Part shown: one piece after another, positions 60,287-64,000 of the stretch
Position numbering within the stretch: the first letter of the stretch is position 1
Layout: every line of letters starts with the position of its first letter
Origin: Meyerozyma guilliermondii
Lineage: Eukaryota
Length of the DNA: 64,000 nucleotides
Assembly (NCBI GenBank): GCA_051546255.1
Contig: CP128820.1
Location: forward strand, 930,001 to 994,000
Direction: 5' to 3'
Translations under genes and position numbers: made by a program
Notes under the pieces: generated by a model
Told to the model about the DNA's origin: nothing
Databases searched by the model: none
Seen by the model: the letters and a program-made list of their open reading frames with translations, nothing else

Positions 60287-62407
60287 ATGCTTGTGGCTCA
60301 ATTGTTATCGCTTGCCCTGTTTGTGGTGTTAGCCTCGGGTTTCACCGTTCCTGGTTTGCCGGCACTTCGGTACCAGATGCTGGCACGGCTGTTGGCTGTT
60401 CGAAGCGAGAGTATGATCGACACTATTTTCGACGATTTGGATTATCCGTCGCAAGATTTCATCAATATCAACTTGAAAAAGTTGCAAAAACAGACCAATG
60501 GCTCGAAATGTGACAGCTGTAAGCAACGGTTGCGGTTTGCTCGCAATCTCGTGGATTCGCAGCCAGATAAGCAGCACCTCATCTCGCTCTTGTTGTACAA
60601 ATATTGTGTGGAGAAAAAGAGCGATGCCAAGTGTGCGCAGGTGGACTTCTTCTTGACCACCACCAGCAAGGACCTGACTAAACAAATTGGAGATTTGGAA
60701 TCGGGATCGCAATCTGGAACCAGTGTCGATTTCTACGACAATGATTTTCTTCAAATGATCAAAAATTTCAACATGAGCTCCGAAACCGACATGGAGTACT
60801 ACTGCTACTTCAAAGCCAAAGGGGACTGTGACTTGCCAGAAACTCCAGACATCGATATTTCTTCGTGGTGGCCGGAAAAGAAAGAATCATACAACCAGGC
60901 TCCACAGTACAAGTCGGAAAACAGGTCAGTTTTCAACGTGCTTCATCTCTCTGACTTCCACATCCAGTACCGGTATACTGTTGGTGCCGAGGGTATGTGT
61001 GAGGATCCTCCTTGTTGTTTGCCCGAGTCGTTGAACGAAACTTTGCCAACGAAAAATTACAATTTCACCTCGGTTTACAGCCAAATTGATGCTGCAGCTT
61101 CCACCTTCAACTACTCGTTTTACCCTGATGCCCACTACGACAAAGATGGCAATTACGTCAAGGGAAAGTACTACGATCTTCCTAGCCTGCGCGGCTACGA
61201 ATCGGTGTCTTTGCCAGCTTCATCTTTTGGAGGTTACTTCTGCGACCCACCTCAAGTTCTCATCAACAATAGTATGAAGTATGTTGGACAGGTTTTCAAG
61301 GACAAAAAGTTTGAGTTTGCCATTTTCACAGGAGATATGGTGGACCACGACGAGTACCATTGTGACTTGGAAACCACTCAGAGAGCAGAAAGAGACGTTG
61401 CAAATGTGTTGAAGAAACACTTGCCTGGAATTCCTGTTTTCCCAACTTTGGGAAACCACGATACTTTCCCATACGGACAAATGGCTCCCATATCCTTGGA
61501 CTCCAACCACACGCTCCAGTACAATGCCGAGTACAATGCCAAGTTGTGGGTCGACAACTCGTGGTTGCCAAAGAATATGACCAACAGCTTGAAGACCCAC
61601 TACGCTGGATTTTCCACTGTGACCAAAAGGGGACTCAAGGTGATTTCTCTCAACTCCAACGCCTACTACCAAAAGAACTTGTGGGCATACATCAACTTGT
61701 CGCAAGAACCAGACTTGTTTGGCCAATGGAAGTTTCTCATTGACGAGTTGGTGGAGAGTGAAAAAATTGGCCAAAGAGTATGGATTATGGCCCATATTCC
61801 AACCGGTGATACAGACACCTTGCCTATTCAATCCCACATCTTTTCCAAGATCATCGAGAGATTCTCGCCATATACCGTGGCTCACATCTTTTTCGGCCAT
61901 ACCCATCAAGATCAATTCAGAATCTTGTACTCTGCCAATGGACAAGATGCCCAAGATGCCATTAACGTTGCGTATGTTTCACAGTCGATCACCCCATTAA
62001 CCGAGTACAATCCTTCGTGGAGATACTACGAGGTGGAGGACGAATCGTTCAACATCATGAACACCTTCAACTATTACACTCCATTAAACGAGACATTTGT
62101 CAATGGTGGAGATGAGCCAAGATGGGACTTTGAATATAGTGCGCGGGAAACCTATGATCCCAACGGTGAATGGCCCAAGTCGGCTCCTTTGAACGCCACG
62201 TTCTGGCATAAGTTTATCTTGTCGAAATTGAACGACACTTCCAACATTGACTTTAACCAAAAGTATATGGAATTGCAATACCGTCAATCTCCATATGTGC
62301 CACAATGCAAAAACGACTCCTCCATCACCGATGAGTGTTACACTCTCAACTACTGTGTCGGAGGAACGTTTTTGTCTGATGTGTACGCCAAGTGTCTCAA
62401 GGAGTAA
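60287..62407 (+). CDS. Secreted acid sphingomyelinase-like metallophosphodiesterase
   Basis: Signal peptide, Cys-rich saposin-like region, and SDFH, TGD, GNHD, AHIP, FGHTH and NPSWR motifs. Confidence 0.9.
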   Translation: MLVAQLLSLALFVVLASGFTVPGLPALRYQMLARLLAVRSESMIDTIFDDLDYPSQDFININLKKLQKQTNGSKCDSCKQRLRFARNLVDSQPDKQHLISLLLYKYCVEKKSDAKCAQVDFFLTTTSKDLTKQIGDLESGSQSGTSVDFYDNDFLQMIKNFNMSSETDMEYYCYFKAKGDCDLPETPDIDISSWWPEKKESYNQAPQYKSENRSVFNVLHLSDFHIQYRYTVGAEGMCEDPPCCLPESLNETLPTKNYNFTSVYSQIDAAASTFNYSFYPDAHYDKDGNYVKGKYYDLPSLRGYESVSLPASSFGGYFCDPPQVLINNSMKYVGQVFKDKKFEFAIFTGDMVDHDEYHCDLETTQRAERDVANVLKKHLPGIPVFPTLGNHDTFPYGQMAPISLDSNHTLQYNAEYNAKLWVDNSWLPKNMTNSLKTHYAGFSTVTKRGLKVISLNSNAYYQKNLWAYINLSQEPDLFGQWKFLIDELVESEKIGQRVWIMAHIPTGDTDTLPIQSHIFSKIIERFSPYTVAHIFFGHTHQDQFRILYSANGQDAQDAINVAYVSQSITPLTEYNPSWRYYEVEDESFNIMNTFNYYTPLNETFVNGGDEPRWDFEYSARETYDPNGEWPKSAPLNATFWHKFILSKLNDTSNIDFNQKYMELQYRQSPYVPQCKNDSSITDECYTLNYCVGGTFLSDVYAKCLKE

Positions 62408-64000
62408 ATAGAAAAGTGCAAATAAACGTTATTCCAGTTCCCCATTTCAAGCGAGGAAGATTGAGTAAGTCTCTTTTCAAGGCAAGAAATTGCCTTCTTG
62501 AAGAATCTAGCTCAGTGAATTGTGTGAACGTATTCGAATGGGAACTGGTTTCGGAATCTTCCATAATGATCTTAGTTGAACTGAACTGAGTTCAAATCTT
62601 TCCATCTGAATCTTGATAAGCAGCCAGATTTTTGTATTATGGATACTTTAGGACTCTGGTTTGATCAAGAATGTCCTTGAAGATGACGAATATCTCTTAG
62701 AGGCTCAACACCGTCGTGGTACATCCGGAACTAAACTTGTAACAAGAGTTTTCGTAATAGCACGTTGTACATCAAAATATATCATCAATTAGCTGTGGGC
62801 TTGTATTTCTTTAGATCGAGAATTCCTTGCTTCATGGCTGTTGAATGTTGGTCCATCTTAACCTTTTGTGAATCATCATCAAGTTCTCTTCGGGATTCGC
62901 CGAGGGTATGTTTCACTGAATACATCTATCGTCAAAGGCTCGAAATAATGTCTTCAAATTATTGAGTCCTTTCTCTGATTTTCTTGGTTTTTTCGTGGCA
63001 TCATTGACTTGCGATTAGGATAACATTTAGGTAGCGACGGTCGTGAACAAAAAATGGACAACGAGTTACAAGTTTCATTGCAACAAGTGAGCCTAATATG
63101 AGCCTAAACCACCATATACTCAAGCGGAAGCAACCTCGGACATTGGTGAGTTATTTGGGAAAAAAATAAATTGCTCTTCGCATTTGATCTCTTGGCTTGT
63201 GGGGTGCATGAATTACCTAATTTGACAGCCTTATCGTGCGTATAAAACAATAGAAGAATGAGAAGAGTTTCGTATCATTTATATATCAGAATGATTAAAA
63301 TTATCAGAAGTCTACGTAGATTATTAAAAGTGGAACAATCACTGGAAATTGAAAAGAGCAATGGGAGTACCTATTATCCTTATATTTGAAAATTGATAGC
63401 AGTAATTGCTAAAGTTTGAGGTGGGTGGTGAAAACCATCGACAATGAGGGACATCCTTTTTGTATGGAGATTTCAATCAAGATATTTGTGAAACAGCCCC
63501 AAGAGTTTGAGATTCCACGAAACCCCTGACAAAAAGTGTGTTGCTCCATTATGTACTCAAATAAGCACCTTTGTGTCGGAATAGAAGATCTCTGGTCTTA
63601 CTCCAACTCGGTTGTGACCATACTTCGGACATCATTATTATCTTATTCCAGCTCGTTTTAGGGGGCACTAGTGGGGAAGGATTCTATTCAACATTGTGGG
63701 GAATCACGTTGGCCTGTTCGACTATATCAGCGATGTTGTTGAAAGTTTGAATACAGTATGAGTGATTGCAGATTTGACCAGTATTCGATAGGAAAAGGAA
63801 CAACATTGACGGCTCTTAGTAAGCTCGGCTTTGCAGCTTTACGACTAGTTTCGACACTAGTCAGATGTCAGCGGCTTGAGTTGGTTCATTGCACCTTCAA
63901 ACTTCATTTGAGTGCTGCTAAGAAGGTAATCAATAGTTGATGGACACTCAAAATTATGGTTTCTGCTATCCTGGAAGCCGTTAAGGATGGCCTGAGCCAT

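Overview
Gene-dense (about 37 protein-coding genes), intron-poor window from a budding-yeast nuclear chromosome that reads CTG as Ser (CUG-Ser/Serinales clade; species not determinable from the sequence). Housekeeping genes include SCY1, CBC2, GTR1, ERG9, a MINDY deubiquitinase, PAF1, YPT7, TEF1, DPB11, ECM5, an MPS2-like gene, RPL7 (two introns, with an intronic C/D snoRNA), RSC9, COX14, RTF2, GIM5 and RAD10. The best candidate for an undescribed system is a three-gene module at 20.9-26.6 kb: a sugar-porter transporter, a non-canonical DHDPS/NAL-family lyase and a Zn2Cys6 regulator. Its shared divergent promoter has four CGG-N7-CCG sites (three near-palindromic GCGGAAC-n-(G/A)TTCCGC), the regulator's own promoter has two more, and both promoters carry Mig1-type boxes. 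Other accessory items: two bacterial-looking enzyme genes at the left end, a tandem pair of DUF1399/GRDP genes, a second Zn2Cys6 + MCT-transporter pair with a CGG-N5-CCG palindrome, a secreted sphingomyelinase-like enzyme with a Pho4-type site, two unassigned ORFs and several extremely short intergenic spacers. Family assignments come from motif recognition only; no database searches were run.
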